A stretch of DNA of 44,632 nt, taken from UHGV virus genome UHGV-0179607. One strand, given 5' to 3'. The notes beneath the pieces are model-generated. The model worked only from the letters and a program-made list of their open reading frames with translations, was not told where the DNA came from and did no database searches. The stretch is from a virus. Made by a program: the position numbers and the translations under genes. Shown one piece after another: positions 19,059 to 26,057 of this stretch (its first letter is position 1; every line of letters starts with the position of its first letter).

Positions 19059-19246
19059 TTGGTCTGCAACTCCACGTTACGCAGACGGAGGTCTACCGGT
19101 ATATCCGATCGCCCGGTTAGCGCCAGCGCCAGGTTTTCAGGCGTGACAAGTGCCGTTATGGTCTTGCCGCGTTCCAGTCTAATGACAATTCGAATCTCGT
19201 CATTGTCCGTCGCGCCAGCGCGCATTATGCTCATTTCTGCTTTCAT
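19055..19246 (-). CDS. hypothetical protein
   Basis: 63 aa from ATG 19246 with AGGAA SD placed 4 nt after the polymerase stop. Confidence 0.35.
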   Translation of the reverse strand: MKAEMSIMRAGATDNDEIRIVIRLERGKTITALVTPENLALALTGRSDIPVDLRLRNVELQTK

Positions 19247-19250
19247 AATC

Positions 19251-21542
19251 TTATTTCCTGTATCTGTACATAATGTCGCCTTCCGCGGCAAGCGGGAAGC
19301 CTTTCGCCCAAACAGGCAGGTCGCACATCAGCGCGCATAGCTCCTCGGTCGTGTAGTCGTCAGTATCCGGAACTTCGGTGATCAATTCATCGTGCACTGA
19401 CAGGACGATCTCATAGCCAGCAGCCTCAACGCCGGGCATGGACCACGCGAGGATATCGCGACACAGCGCCTGTACGATGTTTTCCGTCAGTTTGCCGCCG
19501 TAGGTATACTGGAAGCCCCACTGGCGCGTCGTCTGATTCTCGCCCTGGTATTTGATGCGGGTGCTGGTGCGCTTCTTGCCGGTGTCTTCGTCGATCTCGG
19601 TCGTGACAGACAGCGCGATGCCGGGGTAGCTCATGATGCGCCCTGACGGCAACTCAATTTTAAGCCACCACCCCGCCGCGTTCGGGTCGTCGCGCTCCTC
19701 GTCGAAGGTCGGGTCATGCTTCGCCTTCGTTCGAACAATTTTGAGCGCTTTCTTACCATCCGGGCGAACGTTCGCGCCAGCCCAGTATGCTTTGCCCGGA
19801 TTGCGGATTGCGCACAACACCGCGTCCTCAAGCTCTGCCCAAAAGGCTACCGTCTTCGGGTGGGCCTCACGCCACATACGTTTGATCGCGTCACACGTCA
19901 ACCACACGTTTTTCGGCAGTATGTAAGTTGGGCGCTCGTCTTTCTTGCCAGGCTTCGGCGGGCGCTTAGCTTCGTTAATGCGGGCGTATTCATAGCCCCG
20001 TTTCGCCGCTGCCCAAATATGATCGGGGAATGTGCCTTTCATGACGTCCGCCATCGCATACAGGTCGAGGCCCAGGTTTTTCGCGAACTGCAAGAATGCC
20101 GCCACGCCACCACCATAGCCCAGGCCCAATTCGCACGCCTTACCAATCTGGCGTAAGTCTTTGCGGTTGGCTTTGATGTATTCCGGGTCGAGGCCAAACA
20201 TCTTACCGGCAGTTTCACAATAGATATCGCGACCCGCCCTAAACACCATTAGCGCGGTTTTCTCACCAGCGATCCAGGCAAGCCCGCGACCTTCCACGTT
20301 GGAATAGTCCGCTACGACAAACTTCTTGCCCTTAGCCGGAATAATGCACCCGCGAACGGTCGAGGCCGTTAACTTCGATATGTCATACGCCCAGTGTGCG
20401 GTCCCGCGTAACAGGGAGTTGATGCCGTTGGTAAGCATGTGCGACCGCACCCAAAACGCGACGTCGCTCTCGCCTTCACGGCGCTTAATCTTCCCTTCGT
20501 GGTCGTCGCTATACTCGCCGCGTGCCAGGTTTTGCGGCTGGAAGCCTTTGCCAGCCCAGCGTAGCGTGCGTTTCGCCCCGCCATACTGGAGACACCCACG
20601 ACGGCGACCATCTGCGGATAAGCCATTAACGAGCGGATTGTACTTAGTCGATGCCGTTGATGACGCACCGAGGCGCATCTCTATAAGCACTTTGCCCTCG
20701 TCGGGGAAGTCCGGGTCTTCCAGCAGGTCGTTAAGTGTGGATTTCTGCGCGTTGTGGATTGTGAACGCAGGCGCGAGGTCGCGCAGCGCTGGCAGGAAGT
20801 CATTGCCTGTCAGCTTACCGCCGAAGCGCTCCCATGCTTCTTCCTTCAATTCTTCCTTATGCGCCTGCACCGCTTTGATCGCGGCGTTCGCCAGGTCAAC
20901 GTCCACATAGAAGCCGCGGTCGTTAATAATCTGGTCAATAAGCAGGATTTCATCTTCCTTCGGCGTGTTACCCCAGTCCGGTATGCGCCAGTAGACTTCA
21001 CGCATGGCAACAATATCCAGCGCGGCGTAGCGCAGGAATTTATCCCACTCCTCGGGGTGCGTCTCGCGCGTATAGCGGCGGATTTTGTAGGTCTTAGGGG
21101 TTGGCTTACAGAATCGTTTGATCAGCGCCTTGCCAGCCTTATCCTTCGCGTGCTCTGCATCAACACCCAACACCTGGCACTGCATATCGAGGCTACCCGG
21201 CAGCGCGTGGCGAAAGGCCATAATCATGGTATCTTCGATCTGGCCTACCGGCAGGTCAATGCCCCACTTCTCGCGAATAACCAGGCGGTCAAACAGGAGG
21301 CCGTTAGCCATAACGATTTTTGCTTTCTTGCGGGATACCCGGCGGAGCGCCTTGCGCAGTTCACGCGGCATTGTGGGGGATTCGGTGCAATCCCATGTCT
21401 GCACGCGGCCCTCGTCGATGGCGTATGTGCAAATCATAATCTCGGTAGTTGGGTGTTCCGCGTAGGCGTATGCGCCCACTTTCTTCAGATCCACCCCGCT
21501 AAATGTCTCGGTATCGAGAAAAAGTCGTTCGAAGTCTTTCAT
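19251..21542 (-). CDS. DNA polymerase, family A, with N-terminal 3'-5' exonuclease domain
   Basis: Exo I-like FLDTETFS; Pol A motif A DYSNVEGR; motif B RQIGKACELGLGYGGG; motif C LSVHDELITEV; 763 aa. Confidence 0.9.
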   Translation of the reverse strand: MKDFERLFLDTETFSGVDLKKVGAYAYAEHPTTEIMICTYAIDEGRVQTWDCTESPTMPRELRKALRRVSRKKAKIVMANGLLFDRLVIREKWGIDLPVGQIEDTMIMAFRHALPGSLDMQCQVLGVDAEHAKDKAGKALIKRFCKPTPKTYKIRRYTRETHPEEWDKFLRYAALDIVAMREVYWRIPDWGNTPKEDEILLIDQIINDRGFYVDVDLANAAIKAVQAHKEELKEEAWERFGGKLTGNDFLPALRDLAPAFTIHNAQKSTLNDLLEDPDFPDEGKVLIEMRLGASSTASTKYNPLVNGLSADGRRRGCLQYGGAKRTLRWAGKGFQPQNLARGEYSDDHEGKIKRREGESDVAFWVRSHMLTNGINSLLRGTAHWAYDISKLTASTVRGCIIPAKGKKFVVADYSNVEGRGLAWIAGEKTALMVFRAGRDIYCETAGKMFGLDPEYIKANRKDLRQIGKACELGLGYGGGVAAFLQFAKNLGLDLYAMADVMKGTFPDHIWAAAKRGYEYARINEAKRPPKPGKKDERPTYILPKNVWLTCDAIKRMWREAHPKTVAFWAELEDAVLCAIRNPGKAYWAGANVRPDGKKALKIVRTKAKHDPTFDEERDDPNAAGWWLKIELPSGRIMSYPGIALSVTTEIDEDTGKKRTSTRIKYQGENQTTRQWGFQYTYGGKLTENIVQALCRDILAWSMPGVEAAGYEIVLSVHDELITEVPDTDDYTTEELCALMCDLPVWAKGFPLAAEGDIMYRYRK

Positions 21543-21709
21543 TGCTTAATCCTCACTACGGCGTCAGCGCTGCCGATCATAGAGAAGATACCGTCGGAAA
21601 GGGTTATCTCCTCGCCGTTGTTGCGAATCTCGGCAACGGTGAAATATTCCCCCAGCAATTTGGACCATACCTGCATTCCGACTTTTACTTCGCTGGCTTT
21701 AATGCGCAT
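21539..21709 (-). CDS. small hypothetical protein (not in ORF track)
   Basis: 56-aa ORF MRIKASEVKVGMQVW...; AGGA SD; stop overlaps the polymerase ATG (ATGA). Confidence 0.3.
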   Translation of the reverse strand: MRIKASEVKVGMQVWSKLLGEYFTVAEIRNNGEEITLSDGIFSMIGSADAVVRIKQ

Positions 21710-21723
21710 TTTTCATTGTCCTA

Positions 21724-21749
21724 TTAAAAAGCCCGCATTAAGCGGGCTT
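21724..21749 (-). terminator. minus-strand rho-independent terminator/attenuator after the SSB-like gene
   Basis: Stem AAGCCCGC / GCGGGCTT (loop TTAA) followed on the minus strand by TTTTTAAT. Confidence 0.45.
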
Positions 21750-21767
21750 GAATAGTGGGCCTTGCCC

Positions 21768-22547
21768 TTAACGGCGGCGACGTTTGCGTGGCGCTTCGTC
21801 TTCGTCGTCGTCCTCATCTTCGTCATCGCGTGGCTTACGACGTTTGCGAGGTTTTTCATCTTCCTCATCGTCGTCGTCATCGCGGCGCTTGGACTTTTTG
21901 GACTTACGCGGCTTATCATCTTCATCGTCATCACGACGTTTTGACTTCTTAGCCTTGCGCGGTGCTTCGTCTTCGTCGTCGTTGTCCAGGTCTTCATCGG
22001 AGCAAGAAGACCCGCCACCGCCGAAGGCTTCACCGTCATCCCGGAAGCGTAAACCCAGCAAGCCAGCGCCGAGTCCCTTGCCGTTGGTGTTGTTCCACGC
22101 CCAAATATCCAGGGACACGTTGCAATAGCAACCGGAATAGATTTCCTGGCCTTCGATCTCGTCGCCTTCTACGGTAAGACCTTGTTCAGTCTGCTTCTCG
22201 CCGAGTGACGTTTGGATGTTTGGCTGTTTGAACGATTTGGCGTTGATGTACAACATGCCTTCGAACTCTTCGGTTACTTCATCGCGCTCGTCGCCGTCGC
22301 GAACTGCGCATTCCTTAGAATCCTGGGCGTAGTGGCGGTCCATCCACTTATCGGCATTCTTCTCGGATTTCAGCTTGTCGGTGAGCACTGCTCGCGCTGC
22401 CGCTTCCACTTTGTCCACCTGCGGATCTTCTTTATCAAGAAGAATCACGGCGCGGTATGCCGGTTTTTGTCCATCCTGTTTAGGGGTATCACGTTCCCAA
22501 ATTTTCAGGAAACATACGCGCACATTTTTCAGGTTGACTTTAGCCAT
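21768..22547 (-). CDS. single-stranded DNA-binding protein-like (T7 gp2.5-type) with long charged repeat tail
   Basis: N-terminus MAKVNLKNVRVCFLKIWE and FGGGG followed by an acidic stretch resemble gp2.5-like phage SSBs; C-terminal ~90 aa are tandem acidic/basic repeats (DDEDE.PRK.KKSKRRDDD); GAGGA SD at ATG 22547. Confidence 0.45.
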   Translation of the reverse strand: MAKVNLKNVRVCFLKIWERDTPKQDGQKPAYRAVILLDKEDPQVDKVEAAARAVLTDKLKSEKNADKWMDRHYAQDSKECAVRDGDERDEVTEEFEGMLYINAKSFKQPNIQTSLGEKQTEQGLTVEGDEIEGQEIYSGCYCNVSLDIWAWNNTNGKGLGAGLLGLRFRDDGEAFGGGGSSCSDEDLDNDDEDEAPRKAKKSKRRDDDEDDKPRKSKKSKRRDDDDDEEDEKPRKRRKPRDDEDEDDDEDEAPRKRRRR

Positions 22548-22637
22548 TTTCCAATTCCTCATTTTCACATGTATCGGGGTTATTGGAAGCCACCCCGTTC
22601 GGCTTGGTTGCTAATCTACTTGGTTGCGCCTAAGCGG

Positions 22638-22880
22638 TCAAGCATTTTCATTAAAAAGATTTCGGGTAACGTAGTTGGTGGCGTTCTCGATCCAGCTTAA
22701 CGGCGGTCGGTCGATGTTCTTCTCCACCCAGCCGACGGCAGCGTCGCTATAGCCGTCGTCAAGCCAGCGGGTCGGATGGCGAATCATCCACGCCACCATT
22801 AGCACGCCTTGCACGCAATGCAGGATAAAGCCCAGCGCGCCGAGCAAAAACATCAATAAGATTGCAAATACTTTATTCAT
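22638..22880 (-). CDS. small membrane protein (hypothetical)
   Basis: 80 aa from ATG 22880 with GAGGA SD; two hydrophobic segments (AILLMFLLGALGFIL, GVLMVAWMI). Confidence 0.4.
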   Translation of the reverse strand: MNKVFAILLMFLLGALGFILHCVQGVLMVAWMIRHPTRWLDDGYSDAAVGWVEKNIDRPPLSWIENATNYVTRNLFNENA

Positions 22881-24306
22881 CACTTAAGTCCTCGTCGGTA
22901 GCTTCGGACCACGCGGGGCGCGGGTCGTCGATTGGGGCTAATACCGGTTTAGCCGGTGCGCGCGTGATTTTATCACACAGCTTCGCCCACACTTTTGGTT
23001 TTTCGTCCTTCAATACCTTCTCGGCATCCGTAGGGCTGAGCAATGTTTCTTTGTACATCACATCGCGCTTGATCCGGGCCTTCGTGAAGATTTCAATAAC
23101 TTCGCTCTCGTCCGCCCACTTACGGATCCCTTCCTTACCGGCAACCATCTTGAGGCCCAGCGATTCACCATCACCCGCCATTACAGCCTTAAATACCGCG
23201 GACTCGATCGCTTTGATGTGCTGGCGCATTGCGTCCAGACCCTCATAAGCCTTGCGCAGTTCCGCAGCGCTCATAGCGCCAGGGGCCGCTTCTTTCTTAC
23301 CGCGCTTCGCACGTCGTGCCGCCTTCCTGGCTTCGCGGGCCATATTGCGGTCATGGTTGGCGCATTCTTCCTCTGTCGCAATACTCACGTCGTCGCCCAG
23401 GTCTTCGTCGGTTGCCGTTGGGGGTGTCATCGTGTCGATTGCGGCCTTAGCGCGGGCACTACACTGATCCGCAAATCGGCACCACTGGCACGCATCAACG
23501 CTGGGGCGGAAGTCTGCGCGGGTAAGCCCCTTCTTGCCTCGGGAATACGCCTCCAGTGCGGCAATAGCGCGCTTGGATGCAAACTTCGCGAATATCTCCA
23601 GAGCTTCTACCGAAATATCCCACTCCGACGCCCCACCGCAATACGGCTGGAAGATAACCAGGCGAACGGTCGTAATGTCGTACATAGTTTGCAGTTTGCG
23701 CAGCAGGCCGAGCGCGTACAACATAAGCTGTTTGTTCTCTTTCGCCTCGACCTTATGCCGCCCGGTCTTCAGGTCGCCAACAATCAGCATGTACGTTCCA
23801 TCGGTCTTTTTCATGACCATGACCATATCGGCAGTACCGAACGTTTTAATCCTGTTGCCGTCGATCTCGTAGCCTGAGTGAAGGACGCGGGTCAGATCGG
23901 CGCGCATCTCAAGCTGGATAAACTCCGCCACTTCGATGAGCGGTCGCCAGTGGTCGATGTACGCGTCGCACTGTTTCACCATGTCGTCGTTGACCAGTAC
24001 GCCGCCTTTCGGTGCTTTCGGGTGTGCCTTTACTGGCCCCTTGCCTTCGTTCTCGACGTAGCACCCTTTATACGTCTTCGCGGTTATCAGCTTCTCACCG
24101 GCGATAATGCGGTTTAGCACCACCTCCGATACGGTGTGCATACTCGTACCGTTAATCGCGGCTTGCCCGGATTCGTTCGGGATATCTTTTTCTACCACCA
24201 GGGCGGCGGGGCAACCCATCCATTTTTTAGCACCGGATGGCCCGAGTAATGAGTGTTCCGTATTGCTGCCGGATTGCGTCTTACGTTTTGGTTTAATCGC
24301 CATCAT
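22873..24306 (-). CDS. PD-(D/E)XK family exonuclease, Cas4/RecB-like with C-terminal Cys cluster
   Basis: Nuclease core GDLKTG...EAKENKQLMLYALGL and C-terminal CQWCRFADQC cysteine cluster typical of Cas4/RecB-type Fe-S nucleases; 477 aa. Confidence 0.6.
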   Translation of the reverse strand: MMAIKPKRKTQSGSNTEHSLLGPSGAKKWMGCPAALVVEKDIPNESGQAAINGTSMHTVSEVVLNRIIAGEKLITAKTYKGCYVENEGKGPVKAHPKAPKGGVLVNDDMVKQCDAYIDHWRPLIEVAEFIQLEMRADLTRVLHSGYEIDGNRIKTFGTADMVMVMKKTDGTYMLIVGDLKTGRHKVEAKENKQLMLYALGLLRKLQTMYDITTVRLVIFQPYCGGASEWDISVEALEIFAKFASKRAIAALEAYSRGKKGLTRADFRPSVDACQWCRFADQCSARAKAAIDTMTPPTATDEDLGDDVSIATEEECANHDRNMAREARKAARRAKRGKKEAAPGAMSAAELRKAYEGLDAMRQHIKAIESAVFKAVMAGDGESLGLKMVAGKEGIRKWADESEVIEIFTKARIKRDVMYKETLLSPTDAEKVLKDEKPKVWAKLCDKITRAPAKPVLAPIDDPRPAWSEATDEDLSDE

Positions 24307-24491
24307 TCCACCCGTGTAAATTGAGCAATGTAATAGTCATGTTCAACATTGGCCCGCTTAGCGGCATTGTTCATGGTAGCCGCCAGTCCTCGGGCTTGCA
24401 TCCAGCAGCAATTCCAGTTTTGATTCATAACAATTTCCGGTTGCTCGTCGCCGGTAATACGGCAACGAAATAAAACAAAGAATATAGCCAT
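24303..24491 (-). CDS. hypothetical protein
   Basis: 62 aa; ATG at 24491; overlaps the exonuclease start region. Confidence 0.3.
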   Translation of the reverse strand: MAIFFVLFRCRITGDEQPEIVMNQNWNCCWMQARGLAATMNNAAKRANVEHDYYIAQFTRVE

Positions 24492-24743
24492 TTATTTTGT
24501 CTCCCAGCGGTCAATTGTTTTTGCTTCGGATGCAACCGCGAAGCGAACATATTCCAGATTGGAATCCGCCCAAATATAAAAGTCGGGGTTAGTAAAGGTG
24601 GTGCGCTTAATTTGCGCGGGTGTGTTACGGCGTTTATCTATTACGGCAACGCGGGATTGAAAGCTGCCGATGCGTTCGAATAGCCAATAGTACGGGCGCT
24701 GGTCGCGGGAATCCACCGCCTCGATTAGCGTGAAGCGTGCCAT
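24492..24743 (-). CDS. hypothetical protein
   Basis: 83 aa; GAGGA SD upstream of ATG 24743. Confidence 0.4.
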   Translation of the reverse strand: MARFTLIEAVDSRDQRPYYWLFERIGSFQSRVAVIDKRRNTPAQIKRTTFTNPDFYIWADSNLEYVRFAVASEAKTIDRWETK

Positions 24744-24754
24744 TGTCTCGTCCT

Positions 24755-24783
24755 CTAAAAATAGGCCCGCAGATTAGCGGGCC
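24755..24783 (-). terminator. minus-strand attenuator/terminator after the first early gene
   Basis: Perfect 7-bp stem GGCCCGC / GCGGGCC, loop AGATTA, followed on the minus strand by TATTTTT. Confidence 0.45.
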
Positions 24784-24791
24784 GGATAATA

Positions 24792-25310
24792 TTAATCTTC
24801 CAGTTCGAAATAAGTTTCGACGATTTCTTTAAGATCTTTGTGGAAGTCTTCGACGTCGTCATCTTCCAGCTTGGCGATTGATTTGATCTCGAACGATTCC
24901 AGCAGGTCGTCGAATTCGTCGTTGGCATCGTCGTCGTCACCACCAGCGATAATAGCGGCATACTGTTTGATCTCGTCGCGCATCTCTGCCAGCGGATCGG
25001 CATCTTTCTTGCCTTTGCCTTTCGCCGGTGCTTTTTTACCCTTCGCCGGTTTTTCGTCTTCGGCTTCTTCATCGTCGTCATCTTCTACGACTTCTTTTTT
25101 GGCCTTACCTTTAGCCGGTGCTTTTTTGGTTTTCGCCGGTTTTTCGTCTTCGGTTTCATCGTCGTCATCTTCTACGACTTCTTTTTTGGCCTTAGACGGC
25201 TTCTTGTCTCCCGGCTTACCAACGGCAGCGCCAACGGTTTCATAATGCTTAGCGATGGTTTCCAGTGCTACTACGCCGCGAGTAATCAGGTTTACGATTT
25301 GTTCAAACAT
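24792..25310 (-). CDS. acidic repeat protein, first gene of the leftward early operon
   Basis: 172 aa; two tandem ~20-aa repeats KKEVVEDDDDE..EDEKPAK.KKAPAKGK and a strongly acidic C-terminus; encoded by ~60-bp DNA tandem repeats at about 25030-25200; GGAG SD. Confidence 0.5.
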   Translation of the reverse strand: MFEQIVNLITRGVVALETIAKHYETVGAAVGKPGDKKPSKAKKEVVEDDDDETEDEKPAKTKKAPAKGKAKKEVVEDDDDEEAEDEKPAKGKKAPAKGKGKKDADPLAEMRDEIKQYAAIIAGGDDDDANDEFDDLLESFEIKSIAKLEDDDVEDFHKDLKEIVETYFELED

Positions 25311-25509
25311 GTTTTATATCTCCGATTGGTTAAGTTTAGGTGTCGACAATTAACTTCGTCGGTGGCCTTAACATATTGCCTGGTTACGCGTTCTCCCGTT
25401 CGGGTAGTGGACCAGGTTATATAATCACGGTTGGGAATCCTGACACTTCGATCCGGCCCCTGCGTTGCCCCTCTCCAGTTTGCGTCCTGCATCCTGTCGA
25501 CGGAGGGAA

Positions 25510-25538
25510 TATTAGATTGGTTGCAGAAGGGAGTCAAC
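25510..25538 (-). promoter_or_regulatory. leftward early promoter (sigma70-like)
   Basis: Minus strand TTGACT - 17 bp - TAATAT; the spacer carries GCAACCAA; about 190 nt upstream of the first early gene. Confidence 0.45.
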
Positions 25539-25548
25539 AACTAATTTC

Positions 25549-25587
25549 AAAAAAAAAAAAAGCGCCGAGGCAAAATGCAACGGCGCT
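25549..25587 (-). terminator. minus-strand rho-independent terminator with 13-nt U-tract
   Basis: Stem GCGCCG / CGGCGC with 13-nt loop, followed on the minus strand by 13 T; upstream of the leftward promoter, so possibly the 3' end of a short leftward transcript. Confidence 0.4.
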
Positions 25588-25617
25588 AACCAATAAGAGA
25601 CAATGAGACGGGAATTA

Positions 25618-25645
25618 TTATTACACGCGTGCGCGCCCGTTTCAA
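25618..25645 (-). promoter_or_regulatory. candidate minus-strand promoter for a short transcript ending at the 25549-25587 terminator
   Basis: Minus strand TTGAAA - 16 bp - TAATAA; would give a ~60-nt RNA. Confidence 0.25.
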
Positions 25646-25656
25646 TATCCAAAGGA

Positions 25657-25685
25657 TTTGACACCGTGCAGTTTTGGGTGTAGTT
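25657..25685 (+). promoter_or_regulatory. rightward early promoter (sigma70-like)
   Basis: Consensus -35 TTGACA, 17-bp spacer, -10 TAGTTT, about 35 nt upstream of the HTH gene. Confidence 0.5.
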
Positions 25686-25717
25686 TCGTTGGTCATTAAC
25701 CAACTGAGGGCAGAGCA

Positions 25718-26047
25718 ATGAATGTAAACGACGCAATCGAAATGTTAACGAAGACTGTTAGCAGTGAAACAAGCCGGTCATGGGCTTATACCGATGCCGT
25801 TGGGGCGGTGCTGTTTGAGGTCGAGCGCCTGCGCAGTGTAGAAAAAGAATTACGCGCCAGGCTGGAATTGCTCAACGGTACGGCGGCGAGCAAGCTGCAA
25901 AAACACAATGAGGAAATGGAAGAATACAAAAAGCAGGTTATCCGTTTGCGCGCCGAGGGAAAGTCATGGGCGATGATCGCGGAGTTGACAGGGATTAACC
26001 AGAGCACCGTGCGCTCCTGGGTACGCAATAACAAAACTTCGAAGTAA
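25718..26047 (+). CDS. helix-turn-helix DNA-binding protein
   Basis: 109 aa; C-terminal KSWAMIAELTGINQSTVRSWV is a typical HTH; first gene of the rightward operon. Confidence 0.5.
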   Translation: MNVNDAIEMLTKTVSSETSRSWAYTDAVGAVLFEVERLRSVEKELRARLELLNGTAASKLQKHNEEMEEYKKQVIRLRAEGKSWAMIAELTGINQSTVRSWVRNNKTSK

Positions 26048-26057
26048 GGCCACGGCA

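Noticed and set aside
20754-21755. 333-aa plus-strand ORF antisense to the DNA polymerase gene
   Set aside because: The minus-strand frame carries all three canonical Pol A motifs; the plus-strand product has no motifs and odd composition.
21775-25200. Tandem repeats in coding DNA (21775-21990 and about 25030-25200) considered as non-coding satellite or CRISPR-like repeats
   Set aside because: Both lie inside long ORFs with good starts and encode in-frame charged peptide repeats; reported as protein features instead.
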